Of a stretch of DNA of 19,124 nucleotides, positions 1 through 8,514 are shown piece by piece. The position numbers and the translations under genes were made by a program. This DNA is from Promethearchaeota archaeon (lineage in GTDB: Archaea; Asgardarchaeota; Lokiarchaeia; Sigyniarchaeales; SOKP01). The notes beneath the pieces are model-generated. The model searched no databases. It was not told the DNA's origin and worked only from the letters and a program-made list of their open reading frames with translations. Within the stretch, counting starts at the first letter, position 1, and each line of letters starts with the position of its first letter. The stretch lies in NCBI GenBank assembly GCA_048941015.1, contig JBHLNZ010000059.1, positions 1-19,124 of the forward strand. The letters are read 5' to 3'.

Positions 1-97
1 CATAGTTATAAATCAAATATGCATAAAGTTTTATATAATTATATAGATTAGATTTCTTAATAATAAGATTTAGATTTTTAATCATAATAATTTTAGT

Positions 98-102
98 GGT
101 GA
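98..102 (+). promoter_or_regulatory. Archaeal-type Shine-Dalgarno (GGTGA) for the TTG start at 107
   Basis: GGTGA lies 4 nt before TTG in an otherwise very AT-rich leader. Confidence 0.5.
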
Positions 103-116
103 AAGCTTGAAAGCTT
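100..116 (+). repeat. 8-bp tandem duplication (GAAAGCTT)x2 spanning the dehydrogenase start codon
   Basis: 101-108 GAAAGCTT and 109-116 GAAAGCTT, read directly. Confidence 0.8.
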
Positions 117-1318
117 TAAATTTAAAATTTGAAAAGTTAGCTCAAGCAATGCAAAAAGTAGCACAAAATCCAAATAATAGGCCAAAGGTTTATGATTTAA
201 TAGATTTAGATGAAATGCCTGAACCGAATTTAATAAATGAGGATTGGGTGAAAGTTAAAGTTAATTTGGGTGGAATATGTGGCACAGATCTACATGTTTT
301 AACTTTAAATATTTCATATGCACTCTCTAGTCTCACCTCATATCCCGCAATATTTGGACATGAATTTGTAGGAACAATTGTCGAAATTGGCGAAAATGTA
401 GATAATTTTTCATTAGGAGATAAAGTCGTAATTGAACCACTTATAGCTTGTGAAGTTCGTGGTCTTGAACTATGTGATTCTTGTAAGGTTGGAAATACTA
501 ATTTATGCTGTAATTTGGATGAGGGTAATATCGCACCAGGAACGTGGACAGGCTTTTGTAAAGATACAGGAGGAGGTTGGGGAGAATATGCTGTGGTTCA
601 TAAATCTCAATTGTTTAAAATACCTGACTCTATGTCATTTGAAGAAGCAGTATTAATAGAACCTCTAGCTGTTGCCATTCATGGGATTTTAAGGAAGCTT
701 CCAAAAGATAATGAAAATTGCGTAGTGATCGGAGCTGGAACTATTGGATTATCAACGATAGCCTCCTTGAAGGCATTAAGTAAGTGTAAGATATATGCAA
801 TTACAAAATATCCCTTTCAATCAGAATTAGCTGAAAAATTTGGGGCTGATGAGGTTTTCATGATTAAGAGAGATATACATATTAAGAAAATAGGTAAAAA
901 ATTGGGAGCGAAAACTATATCACCAATGATGGAAGATGCAATTTTGTTGGGTGGTCATGTGGATGTTGTCATCGACACTGTTGGAAATGCATCATCAATA
1001 ACAACGGCTTTAAGATTAATAAAATACAGAGGAAACTTTATACTTGTAGGTGTTCCTGCTTATGAGCAAATAGATTGGACGGTTTTAATGGCTAAAGAAG
1101 CCACAATTCTTCCATCAATGGGTTATGGAAGCGAATTACTCAATGGAGAAAAAAAAAGAACATTTCAACTTGCTATTGATTTAATGAGATCAGGAAAGAT
1201 TGATATTAAAGATATATTGACTAATAAATTTAGAATTGAAGATTATAAAGAAGCATTAACCGTAGCATTAAATAAAAGTGAGAATCACTCTATTAAAACT
1301 GTATTTAGTTTTCAATAG
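107..1318 (+). CDS. Zinc-dependent medium-chain dehydrogenase/reductase (MDR; threonine/sorbitol dehydrogenase-like), substrate unknown
   Basis: Catalytic Zn motifs GICGTDLH and GHEFVG; structural Zn cysteines CEVRGLELCDSCKVGNTNLC; EPLAVAIH; Rossmann GAGTIG. TTG start preceded by GGTGA at 98-102. Confidence 0.92.
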   Translation: MKALNLKFEKLAQAMQKVAQNPNNRPKVYDLIDLDEMPEPNLINEDWVKVKVNLGGICGTDLHVLTLNISYALSSLTSYPAIFGHEFVGTIVEIGENVDNFSLGDKVVIEPLIACEVRGLELCDSCKVGNTNLCCNLDEGNIAPGTWTGFCKDTGGGWGEYAVVHKSQLFKIPDSMSFEEAVLIEPLAVAIHGILRKLPKDNENCVVIGAGTIGLSTIASLKALSKCKIYAITKYPFQSELAEKFGADEVFMIKRDIHIKKIGKKLGAKTISPMMEDAILLGGHVDVVIDTVGNASSITTALRLIKYRGNFILVGVPAYEQIDWTVLMAKEATILPSMGYGSELLNGEKKRTFQLAIDLMRSGKIDIKDILTNKFRIEDYKEALTVALNKSENHSIKTVFSFQ

Positions 1319-1340
1319 AATAAATATTAAAAAAAGGAAA
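1319..1340 (-). terminator. Putative oligo(T) terminator in the short convergent gap between the dehydrogenase and aminotransferase
   Basis: A-run on + (T-run on -) just past the aminotransferase stop; archaeal intrinsic terminators are oligo-T. Confidence 0.4.
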
Positions 1341-2750
1341 TTATTCGACTTTTTGGCAAATATCATCAATCTTTTGAATAGTTTTTTCAATGATATCATC
1401 AGAATGAAGCAGGCATGTGTAAAAACGACTCCCTGCTACTGAAATAATTTCTTGATCAACTAAAGCAGCACCCATATGCTCCATAAATTCTTTACGATGT
1501 TTTATTTGAGGTCCTTGCTCAGGATCAGTAATAGAAAGCCCAAATACACATGAGGAGTGGAAGTGTACAGTTCCACCATAATTATATGAAAACCATGGTA
1601 AATTATATTTCTCAAAAACCTCATTTAAACCATTCGATAATTTTGTAGCTGCTTTACCTGCTATTTCAGTAGCATTCGTTTCTTCGACAAACTTCATAGC
1701 CCAATATGCTGCTGCACAAGTTAAAGGATTTGCTGCTAGTGTTCCTCCACAATATGCTCTTTTTGCGCCACCTCCAACTCCTGCAGCTACGGTTGCCATG
1801 ACTTCTGCTCTTCCTCCTATTGCAGCTGCAGAAGGATAACCGTGTCCAACAATTTTTCCAAATACTGACAAATCAGGAGTATAACCAAAATAAGCTTGAC
1901 CACCTCCCATATCCAATCTAAAAGCACATACAACCTCATCAGAAATAAGCAAGGTATCATTTTGATGACAGAGTTCTTCCACTTCTTTATTAAATTCTGG
2001 TCTTACGGGAATAGCTCCTGATTCTCCGCCCATAGGCTCGATTATCACTGCAGCAACCTTCCTTTTTTCTTTAAACATTTCTCTTAAGGCTTCAATGTCA
2101 TTTGGGGGGACGGAATCTATATATTTAAACATTTCCTTTGGAATACCATGAGACTCCATCCTTTTTGTACCAGGGACATGCATATCATATACTAATTGAT
2201 CTGACCATCCATGGTAACTTCCTCCGATTTTTATAACATGCTTTTTCCCTGTAAATACACGTGCTACTCTAATAGCCAACATATCCGCTTCTGTTCCACT
2301 CTGAAGCCACCTAACGTTTTCACAAGAAGGAAAATATTTTTGCAACTGCTCTGCTGCCATATACTCATATTCACTAGTAATTCCATGACATGATCCCTCA
2401 TTTTTAATCACTTCTAAGATTTTTTCTGTTAAAGGTTTATAATTATGACCTAAAATGATAGGTCCACCGCACATTAAGTAGTCAGTAAAAACCACATTGT
2501 CAATTGTTTCCATGTAACAATCGTAAACCTTTTTGCTAGTTAATGGAAACGGAAAGTTAAAGGCTAAATTATGTTCAACGCCACCTGGAATAACTTTTTT
2601 CGCCCGCTCATATGCTTCTTTTGATTTAGCGTGATTTTTCTCATATCTCTCAATAATTGCTTTCAATTCTTCTGGTTTAAATTCTCTTAATGGTTGACTT
2701 ACAATGTTTTCAATTTTGGCAATTTTTTCTTCATACTTTATGCTAGACAT
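1341..2750 (-). CDS. PLP-dependent class-III aminotransferase (GSA-aminomutase-like fold, probably not HemL)
   Basis: SGTEA, GSYHG, AAVIIEP, LISDEVVCAFR, PDLSVFGK (PLP lysine), GGTLAANPL. It has IPGGVEHNLAFN where HemL has PGGVNSPVRAF, plus an N-terminal extension. Confidence 0.9.
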   Translation of the reverse strand: MSSIKYEEKIAKIENIVSQPLREFKPEELKAIIERYEKNHAKSKEAYERAKKVIPGGVEHNLAFNFPFPLTSKKVYDCYMETIDNVVFTDYLMCGGPIILGHNYKPLTEKILEVIKNEGSCHGITSEYEYMAAEQLQKYFPSCENVRWLQSGTEADMLAIRVARVFTGKKHVIKIGGSYHGWSDQLVYDMHVPGTKRMESHGIPKEMFKYIDSVPPNDIEALREMFKEKRKVAAVIIEPMGGESGAIPVRPEFNKEVEELCHQNDTLLISDEVVCAFRLDMGGGQAYFGYTPDLSVFGKIVGHGYPSAAAIGGRAEVMATVAAGVGGGAKRAYCGGTLAANPLTCAAAYWAMKFVEETNATEIAGKAATKLSNGLNEVFEKYNLPWFSYNYGGTVHFHSSCVFGLSITDPEQGPQIKHRKEFMEHMGAALVDQEIISVAGSRFYTCLLHSDDIIEKTIQKIDDICQKVE

Positions 2751-2856
2751 TTTTGTTCAAATCTAAATTATATGTATATCTTATTTATAATAATTATAAA
2801 AGAGAAAGATATCAAATTAAGTTTATTTTCATAAAACAAATTAGTAGCAAAAAAAT

Positions 2857-4998
2857 TTAATTATTTATTGGAATACTTATAGGAACAATAATTTTTTTCT
2901 CGATTAAAGACTCAATTGCATTTATAACCAAATCTTCTTCTTTAATACCTAATTCTTCAATAAGAGTCATTAACAAAAAGCTACTATTATCTTTTAAAAT
3001 AGAAACAATCTTTTTAATTAGTATGATTTCCATCTTGGATAATCTGTATTTTTTTCTTAGTTTCGGAATATCGGCAGCATTAAATGATGCTTTGAAGGCA
3101 TTTTTATAAAAAATCTCGAAAAATTCATTAATAAAGGGAGGAATTTCTTTGTTAAAATACGCTAAATCATTATCCCAATTGTTTATGAATTTTGATAATC
3201 TCATATATAATGTCATTGTGAATTGATACATATATTGCTTTAATCTTTTGGAGGATTTATTTTTTAATATTAACACCGTTCTAAGTTCTTCAAAATCTAA
3301 GACAAGACAGAAAAATTGCTTGAGATCAAGTTCAATAATCTTTTTATATCCTAGTTTTGATTCAGGGTTTTTAATTTCCAGTTTCTGAGGTTCATTCTTA
3401 GAAATTTCTTCTCCTATAACTGAAATTGCTTGAATAAATCCAGAGAAAAGGGTGTTTTTACCTTTCATTAAATAAGAATAACTTTCTGTGAAGATAGGAA
3501 GTCCACTATCCTTATGCATTATTATTATTGCTTGTATATTACTTATATCTTTAAACCTTTGAGTTCTCAATAATAAATAATTTTCTCTTTTCTTCTTTCT
3601 TGGCATAAAAACATAAGATCTTAAACTTAAACTGCCTAAAATGGCAATTATAATAAATAAAATAATTAAAACCATCAAAATGATGAAATCTAAAGATGAA
3701 TCTTCTAAAAGAACAGTATAAGAAATCATAAGATATACTTCATCAATAGAGATTGTGATTTTTTCATCTAATGCGAAATTATCCGCTAAATATATCATTA
3801 TTGACAAAGAAATATTAATATTTGTAAAGATGTAAGATTTAATATCAGCCGCTCTTAAAATTGTAGTTTGATAAGTAGAATTCATTTCACTTAATTCCAT
3901 ATTTCTCCCAATCTCATAGTTATTAATAAAAATTTTTAATTCTGAATTGGGAGAAAGCGTTTCAGGCCAAGTCTTATCAATTTTAAATTTAAAATTAAGA
4001 TTTGCATCTCTTATTTTAATGTTTGCCTCATCAATTGATTCTCCAACTTGACATAATGAGATTGAGGTATAACGGTTTATGACCTTCTCGAATGAGAATG
4101 AAAAATTAACAAATTTTATAATTAATTCGTCAAAATTATCAAGATCCCAATAATCTGCAACATTGTCCTCGCTATAAATATCAATTCCTAAAGAAATTGT
4201 AAAATTTTGACTATTAGAGCCTAAGATAGATTCAAGATAAAATATTAAAACATCTTGGGGAACTGAAAGCATATTAGTATCAAATAAATAATCCTTACCA
4301 GGTGGATCACCAGTTCCAATCTGCTCTGTTTGAAAGTGTGCAATCTCATATACTTTATTTTTTTCTAAATCTGAAATTAACACATAAAATCTAGCATAAT
4401 CTCCAATGCTATAGGTATCAACATCATAATTTGGATTCCATCTTGCCAAATCTCCAGTTAAATAATCCTCTTCTCTGTCAAGGTTGTCATCAACTGTTGC
4501 ATTAACTATAACATGAATAGATGCAGATTTTATGACGTAATCTTCCATATCAATTGGAAGTGTTATATTGTGATCCCAGTGAACACTCGGATTCTGGACT
4601 GCAGTAGAATCATTAAACTCATGAGAAACTCTACAGCCATAAGAGGTAATTTCATCTAGATCAGGTCGATTTGGAAATTTGGGGTTATTTGTTTCAACCC
4701 AATCTATAGCGAGCGGTGGGTCTGCAATCAAAGAGAAATTTCCCTTCGAACCACAAATTTCAAAATTTCCTTGTCCTGAATGAATAGTTCCATTTACATC
4801 AGTATTATCTCCATCTTGTATTATATTCCAATGATCTTCTACACTAAAATCAGGATTTTCGATCCAATTTTTATTGTAGTTCACTTCTTTCAAAGCATGA
4901 GCATTTGATGTTAAAGTAATTATAGTAAATATACTAACTAAAAAAACGGCACTAAGACTATTTTTATAATTAAGTTTCCGCCATTCTTGATAAAGCAT
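2857..4998 (-). CDS. Type-I membrane protein: signal peptide, ~400-aa beta-rich ectodomain, single TM helix, cytoplasmic longin-like domain, C-terminal winged-helix-like domain
   Basis: Basic then hydrophobic N-terminus ending SNAHA|LK. TM FIILMVLIILFIIIAILGSLSL is followed by PRKKKR (positive-inside). IQAIIIMHKDSGLPIF...LFSGFIQAISVIGEEI matches the pattern of Asgard longin-like domains. The tail LSKMEIILIKKI...LLMTLIEEL...VINAIESLIEKKIIVP has a wHTH pattern. Confidence 0.75.
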   Translation of the reverse strand: MLYQEWRKLNYKNSLSAVFLVSIFTIITLTSNAHALKEVNYNKNWIENPDFSVEDHWNIIQDGDNTDVNGTIHSGQGNFEICGSKGNFSLIADPPLAIDWVETNNPKFPNRPDLDEITSYGCRVSHEFNDSTAVQNPSVHWDHNITLPIDMEDYVIKSASIHVIVNATVDDNLDREEDYLTGDLARWNPNYDVDTYSIGDYARFYVLISDLEKNKVYEIAHFQTEQIGTGDPPGKDYLFDTNMLSVPQDVLIFYLESILGSNSQNFTISLGIDIYSEDNVADYWDLDNFDELIIKFVNFSFSFEKVINRYTSISLCQVGESIDEANIKIRDANLNFKFKIDKTWPETLSPNSELKIFINNYEIGRNMELSEMNSTYQTTILRAADIKSYIFTNINISLSIMIYLADNFALDEKITISIDEVYLMISYTVLLEDSSLDFIILMVLIILFIIIAILGSLSLRSYVFMPRKKKRENYLLLRTQRFKDISNIQAIIIMHKDSGLPIFTESYSYLMKGKNTLFSGFIQAISVIGEEISKNEPQKLEIKNPESKLGYKKIIELDLKQFFCLVLDFEELRTVLILKNKSSKRLKQYMYQFTMTLYMRLSKFINNWDNDLAYFNKEIPPFINEFFEIFYKNAFKASFNAADIPKLRKKYRLSKMEIILIKKIVSILKDNSSFLLMTLIEELGIKEEDLVINAIESLIEKKIIVPISIPINN

Positions 4999-5226
4999 AA
5001 TTCTTCTCTTATTAATTTTAAATAAAAAAATTGAAATGTATTCTTATAGTTTAAATATTTACAACTTAACCCCTTTTTGAACAAAGAAATAGTACAATTT
5101 TTGTTATTTATAATTTTGTAAAAATTTCTAAATTTCAAATCAATTATTATTGAATTCTAGCTATTCTTACATTTCATTAAATATTTCAAATAATCTTTAT
5201 TTAGACTAAGAACATTTTAATTAATT

Positions 5227-6852
5227 ATGACGATTACTGAAAAAAAATTTATTCTTGCTATTGACCACGGTACAGGTGGACCTAAAGCTGCAGTTGTTTC
5301 TACACATGGAGATGTTCTTGAATGGGCTTTTCAAGAAGTGCCGCTATTTGTAGAAAAGGGAGGAGGTGTAGAGCAAAATCCAGATGATTGGTGGAATGCC
5401 ATAGTTAAAACATGTAAGCAAGTTATTGATACTGGATGTGTATCTGTTGATGATATTGTTGGTATCTGTAATACTAGTCAATGGAGTGGTACCATTCCAG
5501 TAGATAGAGATGGCAATCATCTTACGAATGCTATTATATGGATGGATACTCGTGGTGCACCTTATATTAAAGATTTCTATAAAGGCCTATTTCAAGTCTC
5601 AGGTCTTAATATTTTCAAAGCTTTAAAATTTGTTAGACGTACTGGGGGAGCTCCGGGGTTAAGTGGGAAAGACCCAATTGCTCATATGCTTTGTTTAAAA
5701 CATGAACAACCAGAAATATATGAAAAAACTTACAATTTTCTTGAACCTCAGGATTATATAAATTTAAAGCTCACAGGGAGATTTGCTTCTTCTTTTACAA
5801 CCATAGGAGTACATTGGTTAACAGACATAAGAAAGATTAATAGAATTAAATATTCTAAAAAACTCATAAAAATGACAAAGATTGACCAGAATAAGTTACC
5901 TTCTGAATTGGTAAATTCTACTGATATTCTTGGAAATGTAAAAAGAGAAGTTGCAGATGAATTAGGGCTTAATAGTAATACAAAAGTTATAGCAGGGGCT
6001 CCTGATGTTCCTTCTGCAGCCATAGGTTCTGGTGCTGTAAGAAATTATGAAACACATATTTATATAGGGACCAGTGATTGGGTAGTGTGCCATATTCCTT
6101 TTAAAAAAACGGATATTTTCCATAATATTGGTGCAATTGCTTCTGGAATACCTGGTAGATATATGGCAATAAATGAACAAGAAATTGCCGGTGGAGCATT
6201 ATCATTTTTAAGAGATAAAATTTTATATCATAAAGATGAATTATTGAGAGAAGAAGCATTACCAGATGTCTACAAAATCTTTGATAGAATAGTAGAAAAG
6301 GTACCCGCCGGTTCTAACAATCTTATTTTTACCCCTTGGCTAATTGGTGAGAGAACACCTGTAGATGACCATACTATTAGGGCAGGTTTATATAATTTAT
6401 CTTTAGAAATGTCTAGGGAACATATAATTCGAGCTATATTCGAAGGTGTCGCCTATAATATAAAATGGTTATTTATGTATTTAGAAAAGTTTATTCAAAA
6501 GCGAAAAATAAAAGAAAACCCAGGAATGACAAAAAAAGATATAGTGATACCAGAAATAAATATTATAGGAGGGGGTGCTAATAGTAAAATCTGGTGCCAA
6601 ATTTTTGCGGATATTCTTAATAGAACTATAAAGCAAGTTAAAGATCCTATTCAAGCAAATGCAAGAGGGGCTGCCTTTATGGCATCAGTTGCCCTTGGAT
6701 ATATACAATGGGATCATATTCCAAAGCATATCCAAATTTCAAATGTGTTCACTCCAAATCCGGAAAACAGAGAATTATATGATAAACTATTCGAAGAATA
6801 TGTAAATATTTATAAAATCATGAATAAAACATATAAACGTTTAAATTCGTAA
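5227..6852 (+). CDS. FGGY-family carbohydrate kinase (xylulokinase-like)
   Basis: LAIDHGTGGPKA (phosphate-1), VEQNPDDWW, AIIWMDTR, GAPD, YIGTS, PWLIGERTP, RAIFEGVA, IIGGGANS, ARGAA. Confidence 0.93.
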   Translation: MTITEKKFILAIDHGTGGPKAAVVSTHGDVLEWAFQEVPLFVEKGGGVEQNPDDWWNAIVKTCKQVIDTGCVSVDDIVGICNTSQWSGTIPVDRDGNHLTNAIIWMDTRGAPYIKDFYKGLFQVSGLNIFKALKFVRRTGGAPGLSGKDPIAHMLCLKHEQPEIYEKTYNFLEPQDYINLKLTGRFASSFTTIGVHWLTDIRKINRIKYSKKLIKMTKIDQNKLPSELVNSTDILGNVKREVADELGLNSNTKVIAGAPDVPSAAIGSGAVRNYETHIYIGTSDWVVCHIPFKKTDIFHNIGAIASGIPGRYMAINEQEIAGGALSFLRDKILYHKDELLREEALPDVYKIFDRIVEKVPAGSNNLIFTPWLIGERTPVDDHTIRAGLYNLSLEMSREHIIRAIFEGVAYNIKWLFMYLEKFIQKRKIKENPGMTKKDIVIPEINIIGGGANSKIWCQIFADILNRTIKQVKDPIQANARGAAFMASVALGYIQWDHIPKHIQISNVFTPNPENRELYDKLFEEYVNIYKIMNKTYKRLNS

Positions 6853-6865
6853 AATAAAAAAAAAT

Positions 6866-7723
6866 TTATTTAATTTTTATTCTATTCGCTAAATCACTAT
6901 AATTTCTTCGTTCGAAAAACTCCTTAATTAATCTGATACGATCTTTATTTATTGTTGAGAGTGTTGATTTTTGGTTTACTTCCTTAATTAAGTTTTTTTC
7001 AGAGATATGTTTATAATTTTCAAGAGTTTCCTTAATTAATTCTACATCTTTTACAAATTGATTGAAATAGCTTTCAACTATCTTATATCCATCATGTTCA
7101 TCTATTTCTAGAGATTTATTAATAATTAAGCTCTCATAGTTTACATTAGTATCCCATGGCATATTTACGATGTGTTTTTTTAGATTTACCAAGAAATCGT
7201 TTTTCATTTTGTTGCTAATTAAAAAGTAATAATATCCTGGATTTGGATAAATATCTCGATCGTATTTTAAGAATTGTATTGAAGGAGTGTCTCTATATTG
7301 CTCAGGAATTAATTTATCAAAAATTTTATCAAGTATACTTAAGTCAACAGTAAATTGTTTGCTAGTTATAATATATGAGGGGTAATTGAATAATTTAGCG
7401 TGAAGGAACCCTGCAACACAATTAAAACCAAAAAGATCTACGAGGTATTTTAAAGTTATGCCATTACTAGTTGCTTCTTTTGGTTCTTCAGATAACTTTG
7501 ATATTGACATATCAATAGTTTCATACCCAATTACATTCTGTTTGGTATCGGTAATCACGATAAATTGATGGTTTTGGCATACAGCACCTTGTGGAACTTT
7601 AATTTTGACAAGACCAAACTTTTTTTCTGAATATATGGACAGCGGAATTTTAAGGAGTTTTGACCCTCCACAATTAGGGCATTCTACTCTTAATGGTTTA
7701 AATTCGCTTTCCATTTTTATCAT
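6866..7723 (-). CDS. Hypothetical protein with N-terminal Zn-ribbon-like domain (CxxC...CxxH)
   Basis: VECPNCGGSK...GAVCQNHQF; 285-aa ORF without TM segments. The start may be the second Met (MESEF). Confidence 0.7.
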   Translation of the reverse strand: MIKMESEFKPLRVECPNCGGSKLLKIPLSIYSEKKFGLVKIKVPQGAVCQNHQFIVITDTKQNVIGYETIDMSISKLSEEPKEATSNGITLKYLVDLFGFNCVAGFLHAKLFNYPSYIITSKQFTVDLSILDKIFDKLIPEQYRDTPSIQFLKYDRDIYPNPGYYYFLISNKMKNDFLVNLKKHIVNMPWDTNVNYESLIINKSLEIDEHDGYKIVESYFNQFVKDVELIKETLENYKHISEKNLIKEVNQKSTLSTINKDRIRLIKEFFERRNYSDLANRIKIK

Positions 7724-7837
7724 CTACTCATGCATACTCAAATTATGCCAAAAATACCTAAAAACCCAAGTATAGATCGTCCTAGTGAATGTGATATAAA
7801 AGTAATATTATAAAAACATATCTAATTCGAAAAAGGT

Positions 7838-7860
7838 TTAAAAAAAAATTAAAAAAAATA
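7838..7860 (-). terminator. Putative oligo(T) terminator of the LURP1-like gene
   Basis: Two A-runs on + (T-runs on -) immediately after the stop at 7861. Confidence 0.5.
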
Positions 7861-8397
7861 TTATCTATTTTCTTCTTTTTCATGATGAAGCATAACAACA
7901 ATCCCTAATATTAATACTGCCATATCATCTGTAATATCAGGGCGCATTTTAACTCCATACGTTCCTTTAATTCTAAATAATTTTTTGCTTATTTCTGCAA
8001 CTTCATCATCTTTATACAAAATTTTGTATTTTAATTGCCAAATATTACCTTTCATCGTAAATAGTCTAGTCTCATTCGGGTCTTCAAACCAGTAGCTAGG
8101 TTTGATAGCAACAATCTTTCTTTTCAATTTCCCTATCATTTTATCATCATCTTCTTCTCCACCAGTATAAAAGGAATAAGTAGAGCGCATGGAAATGACT
8201 TTTTCATGCACAGTAATCAAGGGATTTGCTTCATTTTCATCCTCAATATTATACAGTCTGTATGTATTCCCAATTTTAATAATTTTGCCTTTAAAGTATC
8301 CTAACTCCTCCTTATCAGGAGTCATCACTTTTACTTTATCACGAAATGATAATAATTTCTCTTTAAGTAAAAATTCTCTTTGTTTTGCTAATTCCAT
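7861..8397 (-). CDS. LURP-one-related / scramblase / Tubby-C-like beta-barrel protein
   Basis: Repeated KEKLLSFRDKVKV / HEKVISMRSTYSF / KRKIVAIKPSYWF strands, MKGNIWQLKYKI, VAEISKKLFRIKGTYGV, and a terminal hydrophobic helix DMAVLILGIVVML that would fill the barrel. Confidence 0.85.
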   Translation of the reverse strand: MELAKQREFLLKEKLLSFRDKVKVMTPDKEELGYFKGKIIKIGNTYRLYNIEDENEANPLITVHEKVISMRSTYSFYTGGEEDDDKMIGKLKRKIVAIKPSYWFEDPNETRLFTMKGNIWQLKYKILYKDDEVAEISKKLFRIKGTYGVKMRPDITDDMAVLILGIVVMLHHEKEENR

Positions 8398-8514
8398 ACA
8401 AATTCACTTTTTTAGTTAGAATTTAATAATTAATCAAAATTCATGTTTATAAATATACAGATCTTGAAGTAAGTAAAAATAGAAAGAATTAATAAAAAAA
8501 AGTAAAATTTGAAG

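Noticed and set aside
1341-2750. Gene symbol hemL
   Set aside because: HemL-specific NSPVRAF is missing and there is no tetrapyrrole context.
4999-5226. Specific TATA/BRE promoter calls in intergenic regions (also 1-95, 10375-10519, 13715-13877)
   Set aside because: These regions are so AT-rich that several TTTATA/TTTAAA-like boxes occur by chance; I cannot single out the functional ones without TSS data.
5227-6852. Gene symbol xylB
   Set aside because: The family is clear but the substrate is not, and no xylose isomerase or transport genes are nearby.
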